IMG/VR virus record: IMGVR_UViG_3300021338_000003
Coordinates: 62,001 to 126,000 of that record
Strand: one strand, 5' to 3'
Length of the DNA: 64,000 nucleotides
The notes under the pieces were generated by a model, which made no database searches, was not told where the DNA came from, and saw nothing but the letters and a program-made list of their open reading frames with translations. Shown here piece by piece: positions 56,708 through 64,000 of this stretch (position 1 is its first letter; every line of letters begins with the position of its first letter). A program made the position numbers and the translations under genes.

Positions 56708-59700
56708 ATGGACTCGTTGCCGAGAAAGCCCCGCAAGAAGTCGTGCCTGGGATGCCCTCTGAAAGGTCAAAGGAACTCCGAATGGTTGCTTCCTACGGTA
56801 TACACCCCTGACCCCGAGGGACACGTAGACATCCTCTTCGTCTTGGACTCACCTGACTATCAGGCCAATGAGACGAAGAGCCTGAAGAATCATAGTCATG
56901 TGGCTTTCATTAACAAGTGGCTTAAGAAGGGTCTATCCCGTCGGGGGAAGGTCAGAAAGCTAGGACGAGGCATTGCGTTTACCTCGGCGACCCGATGCAT
57001 CCCTTTGGATAAGAAGAAGTCCAAGAGAAAGCCCGAAAGTGAGGAGCTGAACCGATGCATTGACTACACCACTCGGGATATGGCGGAATTGGCCCCAAAG
57101 TTGACGGTTCTATTGGGGTCCTCGGCTATCCACTCGATGTTCCCTCATGCTGGTGGAGCCACTGCATCTGCCGGAACCGTTGAAGAAGACCCCCTAGGCA
57201 ACCTCATCTTCTTTGCTTATAGCCCTGCTTTCGTTGAACTTTCGAATGACCCCGAAGTTCTTCGGGAATGGAAGAAGCAAGTCATCCGGATTCTTGAGCT
57301 GGCCGGCTGGGTCAAGGATAAGCACGCCCCCAAGAGCCGCGGTGTTGTCATCGAAGTGGGCGACGATTTCGAGGTATCTGGGGACTACCCTACCTGTGCC
57401 GAAGAGGTCAAATCCATCTACATCGACGATGTAGAGAAGGTGTTCAAGCTGGCCAAGAAGATGCAAAGTCTGCCTAAGGGCGCGGTCATATGCTCTGATA
57501 CCGAGGCCAACAACCTCTTTCGGGCATTTGATAACAAAATGCTATCCGTTCAGTTCGGATGGGATGGAAAGTCGGGATATGTAGTCCCCTACCACCACCG
57601 GAAGAGTCCCTTCAATGCCGATGACAAGAAAGCCATCTATGACTGCATGCAAGACCTTTTCACGACCCGCACCAAGAACGGCGGGTTGTGGTGTTTTGCC
57701 AATGCAGCATATGATATGCATCAATTTCGACGGGAGTTTGAGTGTGAACTCCTCTCTATGGACAATGTAGACGTTTCCCAGGTTGCCCACCTGTTGGACG
57801 AGAACAGGCTCCAAGGGACCCGGGACCCTGAGTGCTACTACCAAGGAAAGCGAGGTCTGTCTCTAGCCGTCCTATCCGAAGTGTACCTCGGGGTTGTCCT
57901 CTCTTCTGAAGATAAGAGAGAGCGTGCGTCCATCCGCCGTTGGCCTATGAAGCGTTTCGTCCCCTACGCCGCTGGGGATGTTGTGTGGCCCTGGCAAATC
58001 CTCCAGAAACAGCTCCTACAAGCTGATGACCAGGATTACCGGCGGCCTCTGCTCCGCCTAATTCGATTTCTTCTGTCTCCCGCCAACCTCTTGGTGGTTG
58101 AGATGGAACAGAATGGATTTCCGGTCGATCTGGAGCACACTCGGAGAATTCGCGGTGCTGCTAGCCCCCTGATTGCCGAGAAAAAGCGCCTGATGGGCCT
58201 TCTATCCAAGACGCGGGGCGGGAAGAAGGCCAACAAAATTATCAATGGTCGGGCAGCCCGGGGTAATCACTATCTCTTCGGAGAGCCCCCATTCAGTCTC
58301 AAGCCATCCAAGGCCAACCACCGGGAGACATTGTTCCTCGACGTTCTGCGGTACAAGCCACTCACCTTCACCGAGCAGGGTGCACCCCAAATCAACTCCG
58401 AGTTCTACAAAGAATATGGAGTGTGGGATGATAATGATGAACCCCAGAATGAAGCGGCCATCATATCAGATTGGGTCGGGGTCGACAAGCTCCTGTCCTC
58501 GTTTGTCAAGAACTTCTACGCTTTGGTTGACCCCGACCGTGGGCATCCAGACATGGTGTGGGATTGCCGCGTCCGTCCGTCTATTCGTCTGGCTGCCACT
58601 ACATCGGGCCGCCCTGCTATCAAAAACCCAGCCATGCAGCAAATCCCTCGGGCCACCGATTCCTACCGGAAGGACGTCAAGGACATGTTTGTGTCCGAAG
58701 AGGGGAAGGTCCTCATCCTGGCAGACCTCAAGGCCAACGAGGTCCGATGGGGTGCCATCAATGCCCAGGCCAAGATTCTAGGAAACCTGTTTCAGGACGG
58801 TCTCAAGGCAGTCAAGAGATTCCGGAAGTTTGCCGATTCCCTGGAAGGCACGGACAAGAGGGCATATCAGGAGTGGCTGCGTCTCGCTGAGGTCAAGGAG
58901 TTGTCTGGCAAGCAGAAGCGGACCAAGATCAAGATCGAGAGACGGCCGAAGATGAAAAAGCTCTTGAAGCTTGCCGAAGAGGCGTCCCTTCGAGGAGACA
59001 TCCACAAGCAGACCGCCTCTACCTTCTATTCGGTGCCCCTCAAGGAAGTCAGTAAGGGGCTTCGTCAGGATACCAAGGCGGTCATTTTCGGTCATATCGC
59101 TGCTCGTGGACCCAAGGCCATTTCCGAGCAGATTGGAAAGAGCATTGACGAAACAAAGGCACTCCTCCGTGATTTTGACCGCAAGTTCCCGGGCCTTGCC
59201 AAACACCTCAATGATAATGCCCGTCTGGCCGAGTCCCGAGGGTATACCGAAGGACCTCAGGGTCGTCGACGTCGGTTCGCTCGGGCTGTTTGGTCAGACC
59301 CTGAAGAGTGGGTGCAGGCCAAGGCCCGGCGCCAGGCCCGGAACAACGGCATCCAGGGCTCGGCATCTGATGCCTGTCTGGTGGCCGGATTCCAGCTCTT
59401 GGACTACATCCGGAAGAATGACAAGAGCTGGAAGCTCCTGAATATGGTGCATGATGCCCTGTATATCGAAGTCCCTGTTTCCGAACTTCCGGCCGCCCTG
59501 GAGGCCGTCGAGCTATCTTTGACCGATTGGACCATGGAGTGGATGTCCGAGAAGTTTGGAATCAACTTCGTGGCTCCTCTTGAGGCTGATGTGGATGCTG
59601 GTCTATCCTGGGGAACATACGTGACCTGGAACGGCACCCAACCTCATATCGATGTGGTCATGGAGTGGGTCAAAGCCCAGCACACCAAGAAATGGGGTTG

Positions 59701-59764
59701 GGACGGTGTCGATGAATCCATGAGGCCCGATCGAAGTGGCGAGGTCCAGTCTGTCATGCTATAA
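56708..59764 (+). CDS. polA: family A DNA polymerase with N-terminal family-4 uracil-DNA-glycosylase-like domain and 3'-5' exonuclease
   Basis: UDG-like CLGCPL, TRCIP, ELNRC, LLGSSA; exonuclease DTE, NAAYD, YAAGD; polymerase TSGR...PAMQQIPR, motif A DLKANEVR, motif B RQDTKAVIFG, NNGIQG, motif C VHD; AGGAGG RBS. Confidence 0.92.
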   Translation: MDSLPRKPRKKSCLGCPLKGQRNSEWLLPTVYTPDPEGHVDILFVLDSPDYQANETKSLKNHSHVAFINKWLKKGLSRRGKVRKLGRGIAFTSATRCIPLDKKKSKRKPESEELNRCIDYTTRDMAELAPKLTVLLGSSAIHSMFPHAGGATASAGTVEEDPLGNLIFFAYSPAFVELSNDPEVLREWKKQVIRILELAGWVKDKHAPKSRGVVIEVGDDFEVSGDYPTCAEEVKSIYIDDVEKVFKLAKKMQSLPKGAVICSDTEANNLFRAFDNKMLSVQFGWDGKSGYVVPYHHRKSPFNADDKKAIYDCMQDLFTTRTKNGGLWCFANAAYDMHQFRREFECELLSMDNVDVSQVAHLLDENRLQGTRDPECYYQGKRGLSLAVLSEVYLGVVLSSEDKRERASIRRWPMKRFVPYAAGDVVWPWQILQKQLLQADDQDYRRPLLRLIRFLLSPANLLVVEMEQNGFPVDLEHTRRIRGAASPLIAEKKRLMGLLSKTRGGKKANKIINGRAARGNHYLFGEPPFSLKPSKANHRETLFLDVLRYKPLTFTEQGAPQINSEFYKEYGVWDDNDEPQNEAAIISDWVGVDKLLSSFVKNFYALVDPDRGHPDMVWDCRVRPSIRLAATTSGRPAIKNPAMQQIPRATDSYRKDVKDMFVSEEGKVLILADLKANEVRWGAINAQAKILGNLFQDGLKAVKRFRKFADSLEGTDKRAYQEWLRLAEVKELSGKQKRTKIKIERRPKMKKLLKLAEEASLRGDIHKQTASTFYSVPLKEVSKGLRQDTKAVIFGHIAARGPKAISEQIGKSIDETKALLRDFDRKFPGLAKHLNDNARLAESRGYTEGPQGRRRRFARAVWSDPEEWVQAKARRQARNNGIQGSASDACLVAGFQLLDYIRKNDKSWKLLNMVHDALYIEVPVSELPAALEAVELSLTDWTMEWMSEKFGINFVAPLEADVDAGLSWGTYVTWNGTQPHIDVVMEWVKAQHTKKWGWDGVDESMRPDRSGEVQSVML

Positions 59765-59765
59765 T
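59737..59765 (+). promoter_or_regulatory. extended -10 promoter, TGCCRTGY-like family
   Basis: TGTCATGC-TATAAT (59752-59765) overlapping the polA stop; weak -35; AGGAGG RBS, ATG 59783. Confidence 0.6.
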
Positions 59766-59782
59766 GGAATCCAGGAGGTTTC

Positions 59783-60544
59783 ATGAACGCTGCTGACTTC
59801 AACCAGAACGACCACTTCAAGGTGTGGTGTCTCATTCCACCTGGGGTAGTAGACAAGGATGAGACTGAGAAAATCCTCCCATCACTCATCCACTTTCTCG
59901 GCAACCGACCAGCTGGGACTCCAGAATACGTCGGGGTGGCTGCCAAGACTGCAGAAGATGCTGTGGCCTACTATCGTCACGAGAATCCCGAGTGGGCCCA
60001 CCTGGAATGGGACGTTCGCCTGTACTTCAGTGCAGCTAGGGAGGATGTCACCGAGGAAGATATCATTGTGACGCAGGTGGCCCCTCGACGGGGACCAGCA
60101 GTGTCGGCCAACATGTTGTATTCTCTGGACCGAGAGGACTCATATGACCTCTACGACTGTGGTCTCGATGACTTCTTCTGTGACGTACGTATGTACGACC
60201 TTCCCAACCATGCCCACGAGACCCAGAAGCGAGTGTCAACCCGAGGGGTTGTCACCTACTGGCAAGACTCGGACCGGTCACACTCCATCGTCACGGTATG
60301 GTTCGATGGCAAGCCTATTGGAGTCCTCCAGACAGGAGGCCGAGGGGCCAGCGACCACCTGGAATACTGGGTCACCGACATCGAGGGGTACAGGAATGCT
60401 GAAACCTTCCTTCGATCTCTAGTGGAGGAAGATGAGGAGTACGCCCCTATCGTCCAAGACCCCGATGAGAAACTGCAGGACTTCACTTCCTTCTACGGAA
60501 TGCATCTCATCATTCCCGAGTTTGGGGAGGTCAACAATGACTAG
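59783..60544 (+). CDS. hypothetical protein
   Basis: promoter plus RBS; VWFDGKPIGVLQTGGR. Confidence 0.7.
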   Translation: MNAADFNQNDHFKVWCLIPPGVVDKDETEKILPSLIHFLGNRPAGTPEYVGVAAKTAEDAVAYYRHENPEWAHLEWDVRLYFSAAREDVTEEDIIVTQVAPRRGPAVSANMLYSLDREDSYDLYDCGLDDFFCDVRMYDLPNHAHETQKRVSTRGVVTYWQDSDRSHSIVTVWFDGKPIGVLQTGGRGASDHLEYWVTDIEGYRNAETFLRSLVEEDEEYAPIVQDPDEKLQDFTSFYGMHLIIPEFGEVNND

Positions 60545-60932
60545 GCGTTGTGAAGTCGAAAAGCTCATTACCTTGGCCGAGGAGATCAGGGACTCACCCT
60601 GGGCTGACCGTCTTGTTCACGTGTTGGCAATGAATGACACTATCATCCGTGACCCCTCCCTATCAGACGAGGAAGAGGTCCTTGACCTCATCGTCAATGG
60701 AGGGTGGGTCCGAGAAGCCGCTCTTCGTCACCTATTAGCCGAACTGACTGAGGCCCCTGTGTCCGTGATGTACATCCACGAGGATGACACATGGTTTGCC
60801 GCATGTGCAGACCCGAGAAAGAAGTTCGGAGACGAAGAGCTTGAGAGCGACGTACACGGCACAGAGCTTGAAGCTTTGAAGGATCTGATCGACGAAGTGT
60901 GGAGATCAATTCCAAGGGAGGACCGGCCATGA
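60537..60932 (+). CDS. hypothetical protein
   Basis: GGAGG RBS. Confidence 0.6.
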   Translation: MTRRCEVEKLITLAEEIRDSPWADRLVHVLAMNDTIIRDPSLSDEEEVLDLIVNGGWVREAALRHLLAELTEAPVSVMYIHEDDTWFAACADPRKKFGDEELESDVHGTELEALKDLIDEVWRSIPREDRP

Positions 60933-61210
60933 ATGACCGACGACGCGTGTTCACATTTCAAATCGAGTATTACCGAAAGTCCGGCAAATACTATTCCGAT
61001 GGTGAGGTCAATCTGGAAGTCAAGGTTCTTGGGGGTGGCAAAGGATTTCCCCATATGACCGAAGCTGTGAACGCTATCATGGCTTTGGAAAAAATGCCGG
61101 GATTGACTGGGAGTGGGTGGGATGGCCCCGTTCGAATCACGTGTGACGAAGGATACCCTTGCCTAGTCATGGAAGGAATTCCTAGAAAGGGGATGAACGA
61201 TGTCTTTTGA
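60929..61210 (+). CDS. conserved small phage protein
   Basis: YYRKSGKYYS...MPGL...GYPCL pattern. Confidence 0.6.
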   Translation: MNDRRRVFTFQIEYYRKSGKYYSDGEVNLEVKVLGGGKGFPHMTEAVNAIMALEKMPGLTGSGWDGPVRITCDEGYPCLVMEGIPRKGMNDVF

Positions 61211-61721
61211 CAAAGACGATCAGCTGGAACGTGACGGGGCATATAACCAGGACTGGACTTTCCGAGTCGGTGACAAAGAATGGTACGTTAAGAACGGATA
61301 TAATCCTCCCAAAGAGAAGGAGGACGATCGCCGAGGAATCGTCGCCTCAGCAATGGTCGAGGCAGCTGCCGAGGCGCAGTGGGAAGCCATTTGCGATGCG
61401 CAGGAGGCCGACGAGGACGTCTACAATTGGATGACCCATGGGGCCCTGAAACCCACACCTATCAGGGGCAACGACGCATACAACAGGCGGCTACAAGAGC
61501 TATTGGAGGATAGTCCACAAGCCGAGGTGGTTAGCCTTAGGCACCTTCAGTGGTCCCGAGTGTTCACTGATGGGGCTGAACCTCCTCGGGACTACCACAG
61601 CATGACCAATGATGAAGTCATTGCATCCTTGCGGGCTGTGGTCAAGGGGTCGGACATGTCCGACCCTCTTACTATCCTGATGGACGTTGTTGCGGACCGA
61701 TTGGAGGCCAAGAATGGCTAA
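61200..61721 (+). CDS. hypothetical protein
   Basis: 173-aa ORF. Confidence 0.6.
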   Translation: MSFDKDDQLERDGAYNQDWTFRVGDKEWYVKNGYNPPKEKEDDRRGIVASAMVEAAAEAQWEAICDAQEADEDVYNWMTHGALKPTPIRGNDAYNRRLQELLEDSPQAEVVSLRHLQWSRVFTDGAEPPRDYHSMTNDEVIASLRAVVKGSDMSDPLTILMDVVADRLEAKNG

Positions 61722-62592
61722 CTCGAAAAAGCCAAGCACTCGCCCCGGAGAATGGAGTTGGGCAGTCAAATTCACGTCCTGGTTCAGGAAGCAGGAGGTA
61801 GTCCCTGAAGAAGTCGCCGTTGCCTCTGATGAACTTCAAGACCTTCTCACAGAATGGAAGGAATGGGACGACCAGAGAGTCAAGGAACTGAAGGAGCGGT
61901 TTGAGGACCCCTTGAAAGACCTCTTGGTGGATGTCAAGGGTGGGTTGTTCACTATGTTCCCTGATGCCATCTGGCTCGAAGAAGACATCACCATGGGGAG
62001 CAAAAATCCCACCGCCTTCAAGGATTCCAAATGGTCCAGGTATACCAGTGGGGGTTTCCCCAAATATATGGTAAGATACCGGTCTGGAGGGCTGGATGAG
62101 GAAGGGGCTGACTATACTCTAGACCAAGCTTTGACTCTATCTAAGAAGCACACGGCTGCTCTATACTACGCCAAAAGGGCTCAGAACAGAGTCAAGCATT
62201 CTGCCAAGAAAATGGCCAGGTATGCCCGAGATGTTGACTTCCTTCAGGAGGCGTATCGCACCAGTATTGCACAAGGCGGAGAACTTTCACTGGCTGAAGG
62301 TGATGGCAGTGTGTCACTGGCCGAACACAACAAAGTATTGGCCGAGTTGGACAAGGTTCAGCAAGAGTCTTTGGCGGTTCAAGGCATCAAGGGACCTGAC
62401 GGATGGGAGTGGAATTCGGGGTCCTGCATGTGGATCTCTCACAGCGGGCCCTATGTGCTAGCGGTCGCCGCCAGTGGAAGTTGGTTTGTGAGACACCACG
62501 CTGAATCCCGCCGGGTTGCCCGGGGCACCTGCGAGTCTCTTCTCGGGCAGTACGGAGCTTTCCATGACTGTAAGGTGGCGGTACCCTCTTAG
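61714..62592 (+). CDS. hypothetical protein
   Basis: GGAGG RBS before ATG 61714. Confidence 0.65.
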   Translation: MANSKKPSTRPGEWSWAVKFTSWFRKQEVVPEEVAVASDELQDLLTEWKEWDDQRVKELKERFEDPLKDLLVDVKGGLFTMFPDAIWLEEDITMGSKNPTAFKDSKWSRYTSGGFPKYMVRYRSGGLDEEGADYTLDQALTLSKKHTAALYYAKRAQNRVKHSAKKMARYARDVDFLQEAYRTSIAQGGELSLAEGDGSVSLAEHNKVLAELDKVQQESLAVQGIKGPDGWEWNSGSCMWISHSGPYVLAVAASGSWFVRHHAESRRVARGTCESLLGQYGAFHDCKVAVPS

Positions 62593-62604
62593 GAGATAAC
62601 AGCT

Positions 62605-62928
62605 ATGAACGAGTTGTATATCAAGGTTAAGCTCACCGACCTGGTGTTTGACCAGTATGGGTGTGAAATTCTGGACCAGACTATGGATATTGACGCTAAC
62701 AATATCCTTGATGTCTGTAGAAACCTGGGTATGGAAACACATCCTGATGGACACAACGAAACACTGATTGGGACCCCCCAACAGATACTGAGGGTCATGA
62801 AAGGGCTGGTAGCAGCAATAGAGAAGGCCAGAGAAGACCAAGCAATTGCAGAATTGGCCGCTGTCATTCCCTCTTCTGAGACGCAGGTGGCGTTCTCTGA
62901 TAACCACCTTGCTGAGGACCCGTTCTGA
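62605..62928 (+). CDS. hypothetical protein
   Basis: AGGAG RBS. Confidence 0.6.
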   Translation: MNELYIKVKLTDLVFDQYGCEILDQTMDIDANNILDVCRNLGMETHPDGHNETLIGTPQQILRVMKGLVAAIEKAREDQAIAELAAVIPSSETQVAFSDNHLAEDPF

Positions 62929-63746
62929 TGTGGCACTTCGTTGACCTCTGCTGTGGGTCCGGCGCCATTACGTTGCATCTTCTGGGTGCCCGGAAGGCCA
63001 TTCTACCCTACCAGGGGTCGAAGTGGAAGCTTCGGGGGCATATTGCCTCATACTGTCCGGGAGGGGCACCCCAGACCGTAACCCTAGTGGACCCAAGTCC
63101 CTGGTCCGAAACCCTAGGTGTTGTTATAAACCCCAAGAAGCGAGAACAACTAGTATCGTACCTGGAATGTCTTGCAGCAAAAGACCCCCGGGAAGTGTAC
63201 GACTCTTTGCAGGGCCATTCGGTTCCAGAAGACCTCATTGAAAGGGCTGGTCAACACCTGTTCCTTCAGCGTCTTGCATTTTCTGGGAAAGCGGTAGGGG
63301 TTAACAGAGGCAATTGGAGCAGCCCGGGGTTCAATGGTAGTAGTGCCTATGGTATTCCGGCTACGGATAAGTTTGGGGCCATCAATCCTATGATTCCGTC
63401 CCTCATCAAAACATTGAAGAGTTACAACCTGGAACCCACCCTGGTTAGAACGCGTCGAGGCAGAGCCGCGGTTCCAGAAAAGGTTCCGCCCAACACCTTT
63501 GTGTACATTGACCCTCCATACCAGTTAGCCACACCATACCCGGATGGTTCTCTGGGCCGCGATGAGGTTATCTGGTTGGCTCAACAATGGAGGGAGAGGG
63601 GGGCTAGCGTCCTAATCTCTGAAAGGGAGCCGATTGTCATCCCTGGCGGAGGTTGGTGGGTCAAGAATATTACAGCCGGGCGAGATATTGACTCCCCGTT
63701 CGTCGGAAAGCATAGTGAGTGGCTAACTGGGAGCAACGACTTATGA
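62928..63746 (+). CDS. Dam-like (D12 class) amino-DNA methyltransferase with rearranged motif order
   Basis: FVDLCCGSGA (SAM motif I), LPYQGSK (motif X), AFSG, FVYIDPPY (catalytic motif IV), VLISE, EWL. Confidence 0.8.
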   Translation: MWHFVDLCCGSGAITLHLLGARKAILPYQGSKWKLRGHIASYCPGGAPQTVTLVDPSPWSETLGVVINPKKREQLVSYLECLAAKDPREVYDSLQGHSVPEDLIERAGQHLFLQRLAFSGKAVGVNRGNWSSPGFNGSSAYGIPATDKFGAINPMIPSLIKTLKSYNLEPTLVRTRRGRAAVPEKVPPNTFVYIDPPYQLATPYPDGSLGRDEVIWLAQQWRERGASVLISEREPIVIPGGGWWVKNITAGRDIDSPFVGKHSEWLTGSNDL

Positions 63747-64000
63747 GTGCCCGAGACTTTGAAAATCTCGTGAGGGCCCCTATGCTGACTCGAAAGGGAA
63801 AGGTAACCATCGTTATCTACACCATCTGCGTCTTGGTGATACTTGTGATGGCTACCAAAAAGGCTGTTGACCATCTTAACACCAAGGCCGGGTTCTATGG
63901 CGCCTGCGTTGAGGTCAATGACCCCTACCGGTCCAAAGTGATTGATGGAACGTGCTTCCGTCGCAGCGAGGATGGGTGGGTTGAAATAAACATTCCCAAA
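63743..64000 (+). CDS. membrane-anchored small protein, 3'-truncated
   Basis: ATGA overlap; hydrophobic helix VTIVIYTICVLVILVMA; frame open to the window end. Confidence 0.5.
   Translation, partial: MSARDFENLVRAPMLTRKGKVTIVIYTICVLVILVMATKKAVDHLNTKAGFYGACVEVNDPYRSKVIDGTCFRRSEDGWVEINIPK

Noticed and set aside
1-64000. tRNA/rRNA genes, integrase, transposase, introns/inteins, DatZ (HD-domain) or canonical MazZ
   Set aside because: No supporting motifs seen by eye. The polA insert lacks intein termini and is too short. Absence applies only to this window
27570-64000. Paralogy between membrane proteins 27570..27839 and 63743..64000 (TM helix, Cys, DGWVE)
   Set aside because: Similarity is limited to one pentapeptide at different positions, and the second gene is truncated

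Overview
A 64-kb slice of a large, contractile-tailed (myovirus-like, probably jumbo) bacteriophage genome. About 100 tightly packed genes lie on the + strand in the standard genetic code, with many overlapping ATGA/TGATG junctions. Two blocks of virion genes (baseplate gp25-like, baseplate J-like, wedge, tail-fibre and tail-collar-like genes at ~7.3-18.6 kb; further large structural-type genes at ~48-54.8 kb) are interspersed with long runs of small accessory ORFs. These runs are driven by a repeated sigma70-type promoter carrying a conserved TGCCRTGY element. Recognisable enzymes are a patatin phospholipase, a Dps/ferritin-like protein, an Nmad1/MazG-like protein, a YspA-SLOG protein, a type IIA topoisomerase B subunit, a pentapeptide-repeat protein, a UDG-fused family A DNA polymerase and a Dam-like methyltransferase with rearranged motifs. 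The key observation is an adenylosuccinate-synthetase homologue with the diagnostic residues of PurZ rather than PurA, which points to 2-aminoadenine (Z) DNA synthesis in a large myophage. It co-occurs with a PolA whose fingers motif is unusually altered, candidate non-canonical nucleotide-pool enzymes and an adenine-type methyltransferase. No tRNA, rRNA or CRISPR array was seen. All family calls come from motif recognition by eye, not from database searches.
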